Assembly (NCBI GenBank): GCA_963781585.1
Contig: CAWAGQ010000013.1
Location: 352,001-416,000, forward strand
DNA length: 64,000 bases
From: an uncultured Gemmatimonadaceae bacterium
GTDB lineage: Bacteria > Gemmatimonadota > Gemmatimonadetes > Gemmatimonadales > Gemmatimonadaceae
Reading direction: 5' to 3'
In this document: positions 32,794 to 43,494 of the stretch, one piece after another
How positions within the stretch are numbered: position 1 is the first letter of the stretch
Layout of the letters: the number at the start of each line of letters is the position of its first letter
Notes under the pieces: model-generated
The model's database searches: none
The model's input: the letters and a program-made list of their open reading frames with translations, nothing else
What the model was told of the DNA's origin: nothing
Translations under genes and position numbers: made by a program

Positions 32794-33582
32794 GTGGACG
32801 ATCGGTGGAAGTCCGGCGATGCCTACGAGGCGTTCATGGGTCGCTGGAGTCGGCGGCTCGCCGAAGTCTTCGTTGGGTGGCTCTCCCCCGGGCTGGGACT
32901 GTCGTGGCTGGAGGTCGGTTGTGGAACCGGTGCGCTCACGTCTGCGATCTGCCGGCTGGCGGATCCTTCGGCGGTGGTGGCGTGCGACGCGTCGGCATCA
33001 TTCGTCGCGCACACGAAGGGTCACATTGCCGATCCGCGGGTGACGGTGGTAACCGCGGGGGCGGATGATCTTCCACGGACGGCGCCCGGATTCGACGCCG
33101 TCGCGTCCGGTCTGGTGCTCAACTTTCTGCCCGATCCACGCGAGGCGGTGGCCGGGATGCGAACGCGCACGCGGCCGGACGGCGTGGTCTCCGCGTACGT
33201 CTGGGACTATGCCGGCCGCATGCAGTTCCTACGGTACTTCTGGGACGCGGCGCTCGCCCTGGATCGTGGGGCGCGGAGTCTCGATGAAGGATTGCGATTT
33301 CCCATGTGTCGTCCGGACGCGCTTGAACAGATCTTTCGAGATGCGGGACTGCGGGACGTTCGGGCAGAGGCGGTCGAGATTCCCACGCGCTTCGAGTCGT
33401 TCGCGGACTACTGGCAGCCATTTCTTGGTGGCAGCGGACCGGCGCCGTCGTACGCGGCATCCCTGAGGGATGAGATGCGCGCTGCTTTGCGCGACCGCCT
33501 GGAGCGGAGCCTGCCACATGGCGCAACGGGCGAAATCGATCTGGTCGCACGGGCCTGGGCGGTTCGAGGCAGGGTAGTCTGA
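32794..33582 (+). CDS. Class I SAM-dependent methyltransferase
   Basis: AYEAFMGRWS, WLEVGCGTGAL, GLVLNF, AYVWDY; GTG after GGAGA. Confidence 0.9.
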   Translation: MDDRWKSGDAYEAFMGRWSRRLAEVFVGWLSPGLGLSWLEVGCGTGALTSAICRLADPSAVVACDASASFVAHTKGHIADPRVTVVTAGADDLPRTAPGFDAVASGLVLNFLPDPREAVAGMRTRTRPDGVVSAYVWDYAGRMQFLRYFWDAALALDRGARSLDEGLRFPMCRPDALEQIFRDAGLRDVRAEAVEIPTRFESFADYWQPFLGGSGPAPSYAASLRDEMRAALRDRLERSLPHGATGEIDLVARAWAVRGRVV

Positions 33583-33653
33583 CCGCGGGCGAGATCGTTG
33601 GAGTGGCGTTCGGTTGCTGGCCCCGGGGGCGCAGGGGTCGGCGCGGGCGGAGT

Positions 33654-33682
33654 TTGCCAACGCGCGTGGGCACGGATAGCTT
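33654..33682 (+). promoter_or_regulatory. Putative sigma70 promoter of the NfeD-flotillin operon
   Basis: TTGCCA-17 nt-TAGCTT. Confidence 0.45.
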
Positions 33683-33718
33683 CGCCGTGCTGTTGATCCC
33701 GTCTTCCAGGCGTCCATT

Positions 33719-34333
33719 GTGGCGAGCGTCTTCCTCGGCTGTTTTGCGTTCGGCCTGCTGTTCACGGTTGCCAGCTTTCTCCTGGGCGCGTTCGGCGGCG
33801 GCCACCTGCACCTGCACGGCGCCGTTCACGACGGAGGCGCCGACCAGGCCGCGCACCACGCGAGCAGCGCCGGTGGCGCCCGGATCTCGCCCTTCAACGT
33901 CAGCGCGATCAGCGCATTTCTGACCTGGTTCGGCGGAGCCGGATACCTCCTCACGCGCTACTCGGGTCTGACGGCCATCGCGATCACGCTCGCGGCGACG
34001 GCGGTCGGCGTCGTGGGTGCCGGAACCGTGTTCGTCACCCTGTCGCGATTCATTCTGCCGCGCCTGACCGAGATGCGCTCCGAGGACTATCGGCGCGAGG
34101 GCGCGGTTGGGCGGGTCACCAGCCCCATTCGACTGGGTGGAACAGGCGAGATTGTCTACATGCTCGCCGGCACCCAGCAGATCGAAGGCGCGCGAAGTCT
34201 GACGGGTGAGGCGCTGGAGCGGGGCACCGAGGTGGTGATCCATCACGTAGAGGCCGGGATCGCGTACGTCGAGCGCTGGGACAAGTTCGCGGAGCAGAAT
34301 GCACTGCCCCCGGGCAACGGGGGCGATTCCTAG
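33719..34333 (+). CDS. NfeD-like (YuaF/YqiJ-type) flotillin partner
   Basis: N-terminal TM, His-rich loop, FLTWFGGAG, C-terminal OB-fold (GRVTSPI..GGTGEI); directly upstream of flotillin. Confidence 0.82.
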   Translation: MASVFLGCFAFGLLFTVASFLLGAFGGGHLHLHGAVHDGGADQAAHHASSAGGARISPFNVSAISAFLTWFGGAGYLLTRYSGLTAIAITLAATAVGVVGAGTVFVTLSRFILPRLTEMRSEDYRREGAVGRVTSPIRLGGTGEIVYMLAGTQQIEGARSLTGEALERGTEVVIHHVEAGIAYVERWDKFAEQNALPPGNGGDS

Positions 34334-34348
34334 TTCGGAGAGTTTCAC

Positions 34349-35836
34349 ATGGACATCCTTTCCAGTCCGGTCGTCGTGGTCAGCGGACTCGCGGTCGCGG
34401 TCGTGCTCCTCATCCTCGCCTCGTTCGCGAGAATGTTGCGGAAGGTGGGGCCGAACCAGGCGCTGATCCGGTACGGCTTCGGCGGTACCCACATCGTCCA
34501 GGGCAGCGCCTCGATCGTGCTGCCGCTGCTGCACAGCGCGCAGGAACTGAGCCTCGAGCTAATGTCGTTCGATGTCGCGCCGGAGCAGGATCTCTACACG
34601 AATCAGGGCGTGGCGGTGAACGTCGAGGCTGTCGCGCAGCTCAAGATCAAGTCGTCGCCGGAGTCCATCCGCACCGCGGCAGAGCAGTTCCTTACCAAGA
34701 CGCCGCCCGCCCGCGACGCACTGATCCGCCTGGTCATGGAAGGCCATCTGCGCGGCATCATCGGCCAGCTCACGGTGGAGCAGATCGTCAAGCAGCCGGA
34801 GATGGTGGCCGATCGGATGCGCGCCAATGTGGCCGACGACGTGGCCAAGATGGGTCTGGAGGTCGTGTCGTTCACCATCAAGGAAGTGCGGGACAAGAAC
34901 CAGTACATCGACAACATGGGCCGCCCCGATATCGCGCGCATCAAGCGCGACGCCGACATCGCGGCGTCGGAGGCCGAGCGCGATACGGCGATGAAGCAGG
35001 CCGGGTACATGCGCGAGGCGGCCGTTGCCCGGGCCGAGGCCGACCAGGCCCGCGTGCAGGCCGAGACACTCTCGCTCGCGAATCAGGCCGAGGCGCAGAA
35101 GGATCTCGCCGTCAAGAAGGCGCAGTTCGAGGCCCTGGCCAAGACCCAGCAGGCGCAGGCCGACAAGGCCTACGAGATTCAGAGCAACATCATGCAGCAA
35201 CAGGTCGTGACCGAAGCGGTCAACGTGGAGCGCGTGCGCAAGGAAGGGGAGATCAAGGTCCAGGAGGCCGAGATCCAGCGACGCGCCCGCGAGCTGGAAG
35301 CAACGATCCAGAAGGATGCCGAGGCGCAGCGGCGGAAGATCGAGACCCTGGCCGAGGCCGAGCGTCAGCGACTCGCCCTCGAAGCGGCCGGGCGGGCGGA
35401 GGCGGTGAAGACGGAGGGCTCGGCCGCGGCAGATGTCATCCGGCTCAAAGGACAGGCGGAAGCGGAGATCATTCTGGTGAAAGGCAAGAGCGAGGCTTCG
35501 GCGATGCAGCTCAAGGCGAGCGCGTTCCTGGAGTACAACGAGGCGGCGGTGCTGGACAAGCTGTTCACCGGATTCCCCGAGGTGGTACGCGCGTTCGCCG
35601 AACCGCTCTCGAAGGTGGACAAGATCACGATCGTCTCGACGGGTGGCGACGGCAGCGCCGGCGTCCACAAGATCACGGGGGACATGGCGCAGATGGTCGC
35701 CCAGGTGCCGGCGCTTCTCGAGTCGCTGACTGGCAAGAAGATGTCGGAGCTCATGGAGCATGTGCGGAAGCTGAGCCCCTCCGAGACCGCCCCGAGCAAG
35801 GAGGTGCCGGCGCCGTCGGAGGCGAAGAAGAAATAG
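34349..35836 (+). CDS. Flotillin (SPFH/Band 7) protein
   Basis: N-terminal TM, SPFH domain (EGHLRGIIGQLTVEQI), EA-rich coiled coil, PLSKVDKITIV. Confidence 0.93.
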   Translation: MDILSSPVVVVSGLAVAVVLLILASFARMLRKVGPNQALIRYGFGGTHIVQGSASIVLPLLHSAQELSLELMSFDVAPEQDLYTNQGVAVNVEAVAQLKIKSSPESIRTAAEQFLTKTPPARDALIRLVMEGHLRGIIGQLTVEQIVKQPEMVADRMRANVADDVAKMGLEVVSFTIKEVRDKNQYIDNMGRPDIARIKRDADIAASEAERDTAMKQAGYMREAAVARAEADQARVQAETLSLANQAEAQKDLAVKKAQFEALAKTQQAQADKAYEIQSNIMQQQVVTEAVNVERVRKEGEIKVQEAEIQRRARELEATIQKDAEAQRRKIETLAEAERQRLALEAAGRAEAVKTEGSAAADVIRLKGQAEAEIILVKGKSEASAMQLKASAFLEYNEAAVLDKLFTGFPEVVRAFAEPLSKVDKITIVSTGGDGSAGVHKITGDMAQMVAQVPALLESLTGKKMSELMEHVRKLSPSETAPSKEVPAPSEAKKK

Positions 35837-35906
35837 GCGGGGGATTCCGCCTTACAGGCCCCACGCGCTCGCGCTACAATGTCCGCATCCTGAGGAGGAT
35901 GTCGCG

Positions 35907-38900
35907 ATGTTTCATCTGCACAGACCGCTTGCGGTTACCGCGTCCGCGCTGGTCGTGACCCTGGCCGGGGCGCGGAGCGTGGACTCCACTTCGTCGGTCG
36001 GCAGCAAGGTATCCGGGCCGGCGATCCGTCCGGCGTCGGCCCCGGTCTCCATCGACTCCGCCATCCTGCGCACCTACCAGTGGCGCAGCATCGGTCCGGA
36101 TCGCGGCGGCCGCTCGCTGGCGGTGAGCGGTGTGCGCGGGCGTCCCCTCGAGGGGTATTTCGGGGCCACCGGCGGAGGGCTGTGGAAGACGACCGACGGC
36201 GGGGAAAACTGGGAGCCGGTCACCGACGGACAGATCCACAGCGCGTCGGTGGGCGCGGTCGCGGTGTCCGAGTCCAATCCCGACATCGTCTACATCGGGA
36301 TGGGCGAAGCGTGCATCCGCGGCAACATCATGGCCGGCGATGGCGTGTACAAGTCGACCGACGCGGGAAAGACCTGGACCCACGTGGGGTTCGGAGCCGA
36401 CAGCAAGCAGACGATCGCCAAGATCCGCATCGATCCGCGCAACCCCGACGTGGTCTACGCGGCGGTGTTCGGCAACTACGGAGCGCCTAACGACGAGCGC
36501 GGCATCTACAAGACGAGCGACGGCGGGAAGACCTGGCGCCGGGTGCTGTTCCGGGACAACCGGACCGGGGGCGTGGACATCTCGATCGACCCGGGCAATC
36601 CCGGCGTGATCTACGCGGCGCTCTGGGAGGCGTACCGCAAGGAATACACGATGTCGAGCGGCGGTCCGGGGAGCGGGCTGTTCAAGTCGACCGACGCCGG
36701 CGAGCACTGGACCGAGATCACGCGCAATCCGGGCCTGCCGTCGGGCGTGGTCGGCAAGATCGGGGTGTCGGTGTCGGGCGCCGATTCCAACCGCGTCTAC
36801 GCGATCGTCGAGAACGACAATGGAGGCCTCTTCCGATCGGATGACGCCGGGAAGACATGGGCGCTGATCAACAGCGGCCGCAACATCCGGCAGCGTGCCT
36901 TCTATTACTCGCACGTGACCGCCGATCCGGTGCACCGGGACATCGTGTACGTGCAGAACGTCGGCACCTTCAAGTCGGTCGATGGCGGCAAGACGCTCGA
37001 AGAGCTTTGCCGGCGGCGACTCGCACGATCTGTGGATCGATCCCGACAACACGCAGCACATCATGCACGCCAGCGACGGCGGTGGGGCCGTGACCTACGA
37101 CGCCGACGCGCAGCAGCGCACCTGGAGCAGCCGCGCCTATCCCACCGGTCAGTTCTATCACGTCGTCACGACGAAGCACGTGCCCTACCACGTCTGCGGG
37201 GCCCAGCAGGACGCGAGCACGGTTTGTGTGCCGAGCGAGGCGGGATTCGGCGGGCGCGGTGGCGGCCGGGGCGGGCGCGGCGGTGGCGCGCCGCAGACCT
37301 ACAGTGCGGGCGGGAGCGAGCCCGGCTACATCGCGCCGGATCCCGGGGACATCGACGTCTTCTTTGCCGGCGCGAACAACGGCGGATTCCTCACGCGCGT
37401 CAACCGGCACACCGGCGAGTACCGCGAAGTAGGACCATACCCGCGGATGTTCTCCGGTGAGCCGTCGAGCGCCCTCAAGGAGCGGTGGCAGTGGACGTAC
37501 CCGATCGTCTTCTCGCCGGTCGATCCGACCGTGCTGTACACCTCGTCCCAGCACGTCTGGAAGACCACCAACGGCGGTCAGAGCTGGGTGCGGATCAGTG
37601 GGGACCTGACTCGCCACGACCCGTCGACGATGGGACCGTCGGGCGGGCCGATCACCCATGACATGAACGGGCCGGAGGTGTACGCGGTGGTGTACGCGCT
37701 GGCACCGGGCAAGCGGAGTGTGAACGTGCTGTGGGCCGGGTCGGACGATGGGCTGATTCAGGTGACCCGGAACGGAGGCGTGACCTGGACCAATGTGACG
37801 CCGAAGGAAATGCCCGACTTCGGCCGGGTGAGCATCATCGACGCGTCGGCATTCGACGACGGGTCGGCATACGTGGCGGTGAAGCGCCCGCTCCTGGACG
37901 ACGTGTCGCCGTACATCTTCCGCACCCACGACTACGGCCGGACCTGGACGAAGATCGTGAGCGGCATCGCGCCTAACGACTTCGTCCATGCGGTGCGCGA
38001 GGATCCCACGCGGCGCGGGCTGCTCTACGCCGGTACCCAGCACGGGGTCTACATCTCGTACGACGACGGCGACTCCTGGCAGTCGCTTTCGCTCAACCTC
38101 CCCGAGGTCCCGGTCTCCGACGTGGCGGTGGAGGATCACGATCTGGCTGTCTCCACGCACGGGCGCGGCTTCTACATTCTGGACGACATCGGTCCGCTGC
38201 GGCAATACACGCCCGAGGTCGCGGCCGCCACACCGTTCTTTCTGTTCAAGCCGTCTACTGCGATCCGGTCAGCCGGGGGCGCGAACATCAAGTATTGGCT
38301 GAAGCAGCCGGTGCGCAGCCTGACGATCGACATCCTCGACGGCAAGGGCGCATTGGTCCGGTCGTTCGAAGGTGCCCCGGGCGGTGAGCGGGGGGGACGC
38401 GGCGGAGCCGGTCGTGGTGGCAGGGGCGGTGGGGGCGGGGGTGGGGGAGGGTTCGGGCGCGGCGGCTTCGCCGCGGGTCCGTCGATGGCGCCCGGGCTCA
38501 ACACGCTCACCTGGGACCTCCAGTATCCTGGCGCGACGACGTTTCCCGGAATGATCCTCTGGGGAGCGAGCACGTCGGGGCCACTGGCGGTGCCGGGAAC
38601 GTATCAGGTGCGACTGGTTGCGGACGGGAAAACACAGACGCAGCCGCTGGTGGTGAAGAAGCATCCGCTCTACACGGATGTCACCCAGGCCGATCTCGAG
38701 GCGCAGTTCGCGCTCGCGATCCGGATTCGCGACAAGGTGAGCCAGGCCAACAACGCGGTGATCCAGATTCGCGACCTGAAGAGCCAGGTGGCCGATCGGC
38801 TTGGCAAGTCGCAGGACCCGCAGCTCAAGGCCGTCGCGGACTCGCTCACCGCGAACCTGAGCGCGGTGGAAGAGGAGATCTATCAGGTGCGAAATCAGAG

Positions 38901-39150
38901 CGGGCAGGATCCGCTCAACTTCCCCATCAAGCTCAACAACCGGTTGGCGTCGCTGTTAGGCGTGGTGGACCGGGGCGACGGGAAACCGATCGGCAACGCC
39001 GAACCGATCTTCACCGATCTCTCGGCCGAACTCAAGGTTCAGACCGACCGGCTGCAACACGTACTCGACACGGATCTTTCGAAACTCAACGAGGCGCTGA
39101 AGCGGCTCGGGCTGGACCCGGTCACCACGGGCGTGAAGGCGGTGTCATAG
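35907..39150 (+). pseudogene. VPS10/BNR (Asp-box) beta-propeller glycosyl-hydrolase-like protein split by a +1 frameshift near 36998 (pseudogene or assembly error)
   Basis: WRSIGPDRGGR and many Asp-boxes (KTTDGGENW, KSTDAGKTW); frame shifts at ACG CTC gAAG AGC TTT; removing one base gives GKTLKSFAGGDSHDLWIDP and about 1080 aa. Confidence 0.82.
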
Positions 39151-39157
39151 CGCGGCG

Positions 39158-39703
39158 CTATCGGTCGCGCGCCGCGCGATCGATGGCGTTGGCGCGCCGG
39201 AATGCTTCGCTCCAGTCGATCTCGGGGGCGACCTCCTCATCGGCCAGCATGAGGCTCTCGCGTGCGCGCTGGACCACCGGCGCTCCCAGCTCAGGTGGCA
39301 GGGCGAGCCCGAATTCGAGCTCCGCACGCCGGCAGAGGCGCTCCTCGCGGGCGCGGTCGCGGCCGCTCCGGCGGACACCCATCCGGTCCACCCGGGCGTG
39401 CATCCCTTCGTGCACGATCGACGCGGCAACCGGTGCCGCCGAGATGTCGCGGCGCGCGAGAAAGGTCAGCTCGGTCATGCAGGTGCGTTGGTCCGGGAAG
39501 TACGCGCCGCGACAGGGATAGCGCACGACCGCGAACTGGGCGAGGTCGCGTTGCAGGTGGCGCAGGCGCCACGGCTGATAGCGCTCGATCAGGGCGAGCG
39601 ACTCGTCCAATCGGGCCAGCACGTCCCCGGTGGCGATGTCGGGACGCGTGTTGTCGACCACCACGGCAAAGCCGCGGATCTGATGGAATTCGGCGCCGGG
39701 CAT
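39158..39703 (-). CDS. Hypothetical protein with HExxH zincin-like motif
   Basis: AASIVHEGMHA followed by REERLCRRAELEF; fills the gap between two real genes. Confidence 0.7.
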   Translation of the reverse strand: MPGAEFHQIRGFAVVVDNTRPDIATGDVLARLDESLALIERYQPWRLRHLQRDLAQFAVVRYPCRGAYFPDQRTCMTELTFLARRDISAAPVAASIVHEGMHARVDRMGVRRSGRDRAREERLCRRAELEFGLALPPELGAPVVQRARESLMLADEEVAPEIDWSEAFRRANAIDRAARDR

Positions 39704-39767
39704 GGCGGGAGGGATGAGCCGGCGGTGGCGCGCCGGGTGCGCGCCGCCGCCCGCTGTCTCAAGATAC

Positions 39768-42293
39768 TCACTCGGTGCGCAGGAGATCGGCGGGGTTCCG
39801 GCAGAGCGCGCGGGCGGTGGGGACCAGGCTCGCCGTCAGCGACACGAGGAGCAGGAGCCCCGCCATCGAGACCATGACGCCGGGATCGCGCGGCGACGTC
39901 TGGAAGAGGAGGGGCCCGACCCATCGCCGGGCGGTGAGCGCCGCCGCCAGGCCCATGACAAGGCCGGCCGTGACCGTGATCAGAGCATCGCCCGCGACCA
40001 CCGCCAGGACATGCGCCGGCCGCGCGCCTAACGCGACACGGACCGAGACCTCGGTGGACCGTTGGGCGGCTGAGTAGGAGACTACGCCGTAGAGACCGAC
40101 GATCGCGATCACCAGTGCGATGGCGCCGAACAGCGAGAACATGCCCGCCGCCAGGCGCCAGGGGCGCATCTGGGGCTCGACGGCATCGCGGGCCGGTCGG
40201 ACCGTGATCGCCGGAAGGCCGCTGTGCACGCTCTGGACGGCGCGGCGCACCGCCGGCGCCGCAGCTGACGGATTGGTCCCGACGAGTACGTACATGAACC
40301 CCGGCCGCGATCCGGCCGAGGCACGCTGGTCGAGCGGGATGAATGCCTCGAGCGGCCCGCGATCGAGGATATCGCGCCCCATGAAGCCGCTCACCACGCC
40401 GACCACGCGCACGCAGCCGCCACGCTGGTCTCCCCACATGGTATAGGTCATGCACCGGCCGAGGGCATCCTCGTCCGGCCAGAGCAGTCGGGCCAGCGGC
40501 GCCGTGACAACGGTCACGCGCTCGGCGCCCGCCCGGTCCCGGTCGTCGAAGTCCCGCCCGCGGAGGGACCGGGTCGCGCCTAACGTCTGAAAGTAACCGC
40601 TGTCCACGGCCGTCAGGAATCCGGCCCGGGACGCGAGCGTCCACCAGTCGACGCCGCGCGTGGCGTCGGAACGGGGGGCGAAGGCGCCCAGACTGACGCG
40701 GCGCGCCGCCCGCTCCACGCCGGGCACCGCCGCCACGCGCGCCAGCATCTCCGCCGACGCGGTCTCGTAGTCCGCCCTCACCGGGAGCACGTCCCGGTTG
40801 AAGTCGAACCGCACTTCGAGCGTGCGGTCGAGATCGAGTCCCAGGTCGAGCGCCCGTACGCGCCGCAGACTGACCGCGAACAGACCGGCCCCCACCAGCA
40901 GCACGATGCACAGCGCCCCCTGCGTGGCGAGCAGCACCGTACGCGCGACCGACCCGCGCCGGCTGCCGGTCGTGGCCCCGGCCCGGAGCGCCAACGTCAG
41001 ATCCGGCGCCCTGGTCTGGAGCACCGGTGAGAGACTGATCAGCAGGCCCGTGCCTAACGCCGAGACGGCGGCGAAGCCGAACAGCCGCAGGCTGACGAAG
41101 CCGCCGCCGGCGAGGTCGGTCACGAACAGCCCTTGCAGCAGGTGGCCGCCGACACCGGTCACCGCCAGTGCCGCGACCCCACCCAGGCCGGCCAGAAGCA
41201 TCGCCTCGGTCATCAGCTGACGCGCCAGGCGCCCGCGACGCGCGCCAAGCGCGATCCGCACCGCGATCTCGCGCCGCCGCGAGATCACCCGCCCCAGCAG
41301 CAGATTCGCGACGTTGGCGCAGGCGATGAGCAGCACCAGCGCCGAGACACCGCCCAGCCAGAGCGCTACCTTCACTTCCCGTGGCGCATCGGGACCGCGG
41401 CCCCGAATCGCCGGCGCCGCGACGATGCGCGTCGCTGCCTCCTCGGCAGTCCTGGGCGGCATGTGGGAGCGAATCACCGCCGTGGCCGCATCCCCGGCCA
41501 GAGTCGCCGTCGCCCCGGGCCGCAGCCGCGCGACGATCGAGAGCCAGGTAGCATTCCGACCCGCCATCCAGAACATCGGGAACTCGATGCCCGCGACGGA
41601 CACCGGAAGCCAGACGTCGGGCATTTCCGCCTCGAGCCCCTGAAAGCGCGGAGGCGCCACGCCGACGATCGTGTACGTCTGGCTGCCGATGCGCGCCGAG
41701 CGACCTACCACACCGCTGTCGCCGGCGTACTGGCGTTGCCAGAAGTCGTGGCTGAGCACGGCCAGAGGCGGGCCGCCTGTCGTCTCGCCGGTCGGGTAGC
41801 CATCCGCTGGCGAGAACGTCCGGCCCAGCGCCGGCCGGATGCCCATCAGTGGAAAGAACGACGGCGCCACCAGGGTGGCGCGGATCCGGATCGCGTCGGG
41901 CCCCGAGCCGAACGAGAGAGGCAGGCTGGCGTAGCCGGTCGTGCCGCTGAAGGCGGAAACTTCGCGTGCCATGTCGAGCAGCGTTGGATAGTCCATCGCC
42001 GCACTTGCGAACGTCCCGCCGCCAGGGCGCGGGCCGACGTACAGGAGCCGCACTATGTTCTCAGGATCGGCCACCTGGGGCGGCGGCCGGAAGATGAGAC
42101 GGTCGATGGCCCCGGCCATGGTGACGTTCCCGCCGATGCCGATCGCGAGCGTGACGATGAGCAGGGCGGTGAGACCCGGCTCGCGCCGCAGCTGTCGGAG
42201 TGCATGGCGGACGTCGCGCGCTGCGTCGTCACGCCAGAGCAGGGCTGGCCGGTCCGGCCGGGGGAGGAAGAACCGCGTGTAGGAATCCGCCAC
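39768..42293 (-). CDS. ADOP-type duplicated MacB/FtsX ABC permease
   Basis: DVRHALRQLRREPG, LLIACANVANLL, RRREIAVRIALGA, EVSVRVALGA, C-terminal PADLLRTE; GTG 42293 after GGAG (alternative start 42356). Confidence 0.88.
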   Translation of the reverse strand: MADSYTRFFLPRPDRPALLWRDDAARDVRHALRQLRREPGLTALLIVTLAIGIGGNVTMAGAIDRLIFRPPPQVADPENIVRLLYVGPRPGGGTFASAAMDYPTLLDMAREVSAFSGTTGYASLPLSFGSGPDAIRIRATLVAPSFFPLMGIRPALGRTFSPADGYPTGETTGGPPLAVLSHDFWQRQYAGDSGVVGRSARIGSQTYTIVGVAPPRFQGLEAEMPDVWLPVSVAGIEFPMFWMAGRNATWLSIVARLRPGATATLAGDAATAVIRSHMPPRTAEEAATRIVAAPAIRGRGPDAPREVKVALWLGGVSALVLLIACANVANLLLGRVISRRREIAVRIALGARRGRLARQLMTEAMLLAGLGGVAALAVTGVGGHLLQGLFVTDLAGGGFVSLRLFGFAAVSALGTGLLISLSPVLQTRAPDLTLALRAGATTGSRRGSVARTVLLATQGALCIVLLVGAGLFAVSLRRVRALDLGLDLDRTLEVRFDFNRDVLPVRADYETASAEMLARVAAVPGVERAARRVSLGAFAPRSDATRGVDWWTLASRAGFLTAVDSGYFQTLGATRSLRGRDFDDRDRAGAERVTVVTAPLARLLWPDEDALGRCMTYTMWGDQRGGCVRVVGVVSGFMGRDILDRGPLEAFIPLDQRASAGSRPGFMYVLVGTNPSAAAPAVRRAVQSVHSGLPAITVRPARDAVEPQMRPWRLAAGMFSLFGAIALVIAIVGLYGVVSYSAAQRSTEVSVRVALGARPAHVLAVVAGDALITVTAGLVMGLAAALTARRWVGPLLFQTSPRDPGVMVSMAGLLLLVSLTASLVPTARALCRNPADLLRTE

Positions 42294-42489
42294 CTGAGCT
42301 CCGGGCACGGAACGAGACGGGGCGAACTGGCCGGCCAGTGGGTGTCCGGCCCGCACCAGTATGCGTCCCTCGGATTACGTGAGCGTGGGGCGAGGATTAC
42401 GAGTTGATGAAGATCGCGAGCGGCCGATCGCCGCGATTGCGCCGTTTCCGGCCTTCAGGATGTCTCGTCGGCGGCACGATCCGGCGTCT

Positions 42490-43428
42490 TCAGGCAGGCG
42501 CGGATGCACGGCCCGGCGCGGCGATACGCGGGGCCGGCCACAGCACCACGAGGCTCACGCCGAACAGCAGGGCTCCCGCGATCGGCAGCGCGGGTTGCCC
42601 GAGCGTCAGGACCTGGAACAGCGCCGCGGATGCCACGAAGGCAACCAGCGTCCGGATCCACCGGTCGCGAGTGAAGACGAGGATGGCGGCGAGAAAGGTC
42701 AGCAGCATCGCCACAGTCCACAGCGCGACCATGATATGGTTGCCCAGGCGGTCCCGGTCGCCGCCCTCGGCGAGCTGCCGGATGCCGGTCATCATCCGGC
42801 GCTCCATGGCGAAGTGCATCGGCTCGAAGACCGACCGATCGAAGGCGACGCCCAGCAGCGAGCGGCCAGGCGCCCCTCGTCCGCGGATGAGCAGGCGCGT
42901 GGTCGAGTCGGCACGAGGTTCCACCACGAACGTCCAGCTACCGTCTTCCGGCGCCGACGGCGACGTCTCCGGCGCATGGGTGCCGAATCCCAGGGCGCGG
43001 CCGGGAATGAATACCCGAAGGGTCGCGAAGCCAATGCCGTCGGCCTTGTCCCGCGGATACATCCACAGCGAGTCGCCGACCTGCCACGATTGCGCCTCGG
43101 GTCGCAGGTAGTCCTGGATGGGCATGTCGCAGCCCACCAGGTTCTCGAGCAGGTCATAGCTGTAGAAGCCGCCCCGCGTCTGGCCGATCTGCGCGACCCA
43201 CGGCCACACGCGGTCGGCGCCCGCCTGGATCGTGATGGCGCGCGTCTCCTGGCGGGCCGCGTCAGGCACGATCGAGTCGCCGGGGAGGGCGCGATGGGTC
43301 TCGTCGCTGGAGGCGCCCCACCGCAGGTACCAGGGCCGGACGTACACGCCAAAGGCGATCGCCAGCGCGGCCAGTGCACCGAGAAACGCCAGCAGGCGCG
43401 TCGGTGTTCCGCGAGAGGTCGTCGGCAT
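42490..43428 (-). CDS. Membrane protein with SRPBCC-like domain
   Basis: LRWGAS..E..RALPGD, TRAITI.A..DRVWPWVAQIGQ.RGGFYSYD.LEN, HFAMERRM; C-terminal TM helices. Confidence 0.72.
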   Translation of the reverse strand: MPTTSRGTPTRLLAFLGALAALAIAFGVYVRPWYLRWGASSDETHRALPGDSIVPDAARQETRAITIQAGADRVWPWVAQIGQTRGGFYSYDLLENLVGCDMPIQDYLRPEAQSWQVGDSLWMYPRDKADGIGFATLRVFIPGRALGFGTHAPETSPSAPEDGSWTFVVEPRADSTTRLLIRGRGAPGRSLLGVAFDRSVFEPMHFAMERRMMTGIRQLAEGGDRDRLGNHIMVALWTVAMLLTFLAAILVFTRDRWIRTLVAFVASAALFQVLTLGQPALPIAGALLFGVSLVVLWPAPRIAAPGRASAPA

Positions 43429-43494
43429 CGCTGTAGTCTATCCGGCGTCGCGGGGCGCCACCACGGCCGGCGACGTTGCGCCGTCCCACGATGC

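Noticed and set aside
36985..37010. Programmed ribosomal frameshift in the VPS10 gene
   Set aside because: No X XXY YYZ slippery site or obvious stimulator; a simple insertion or error is more likely.
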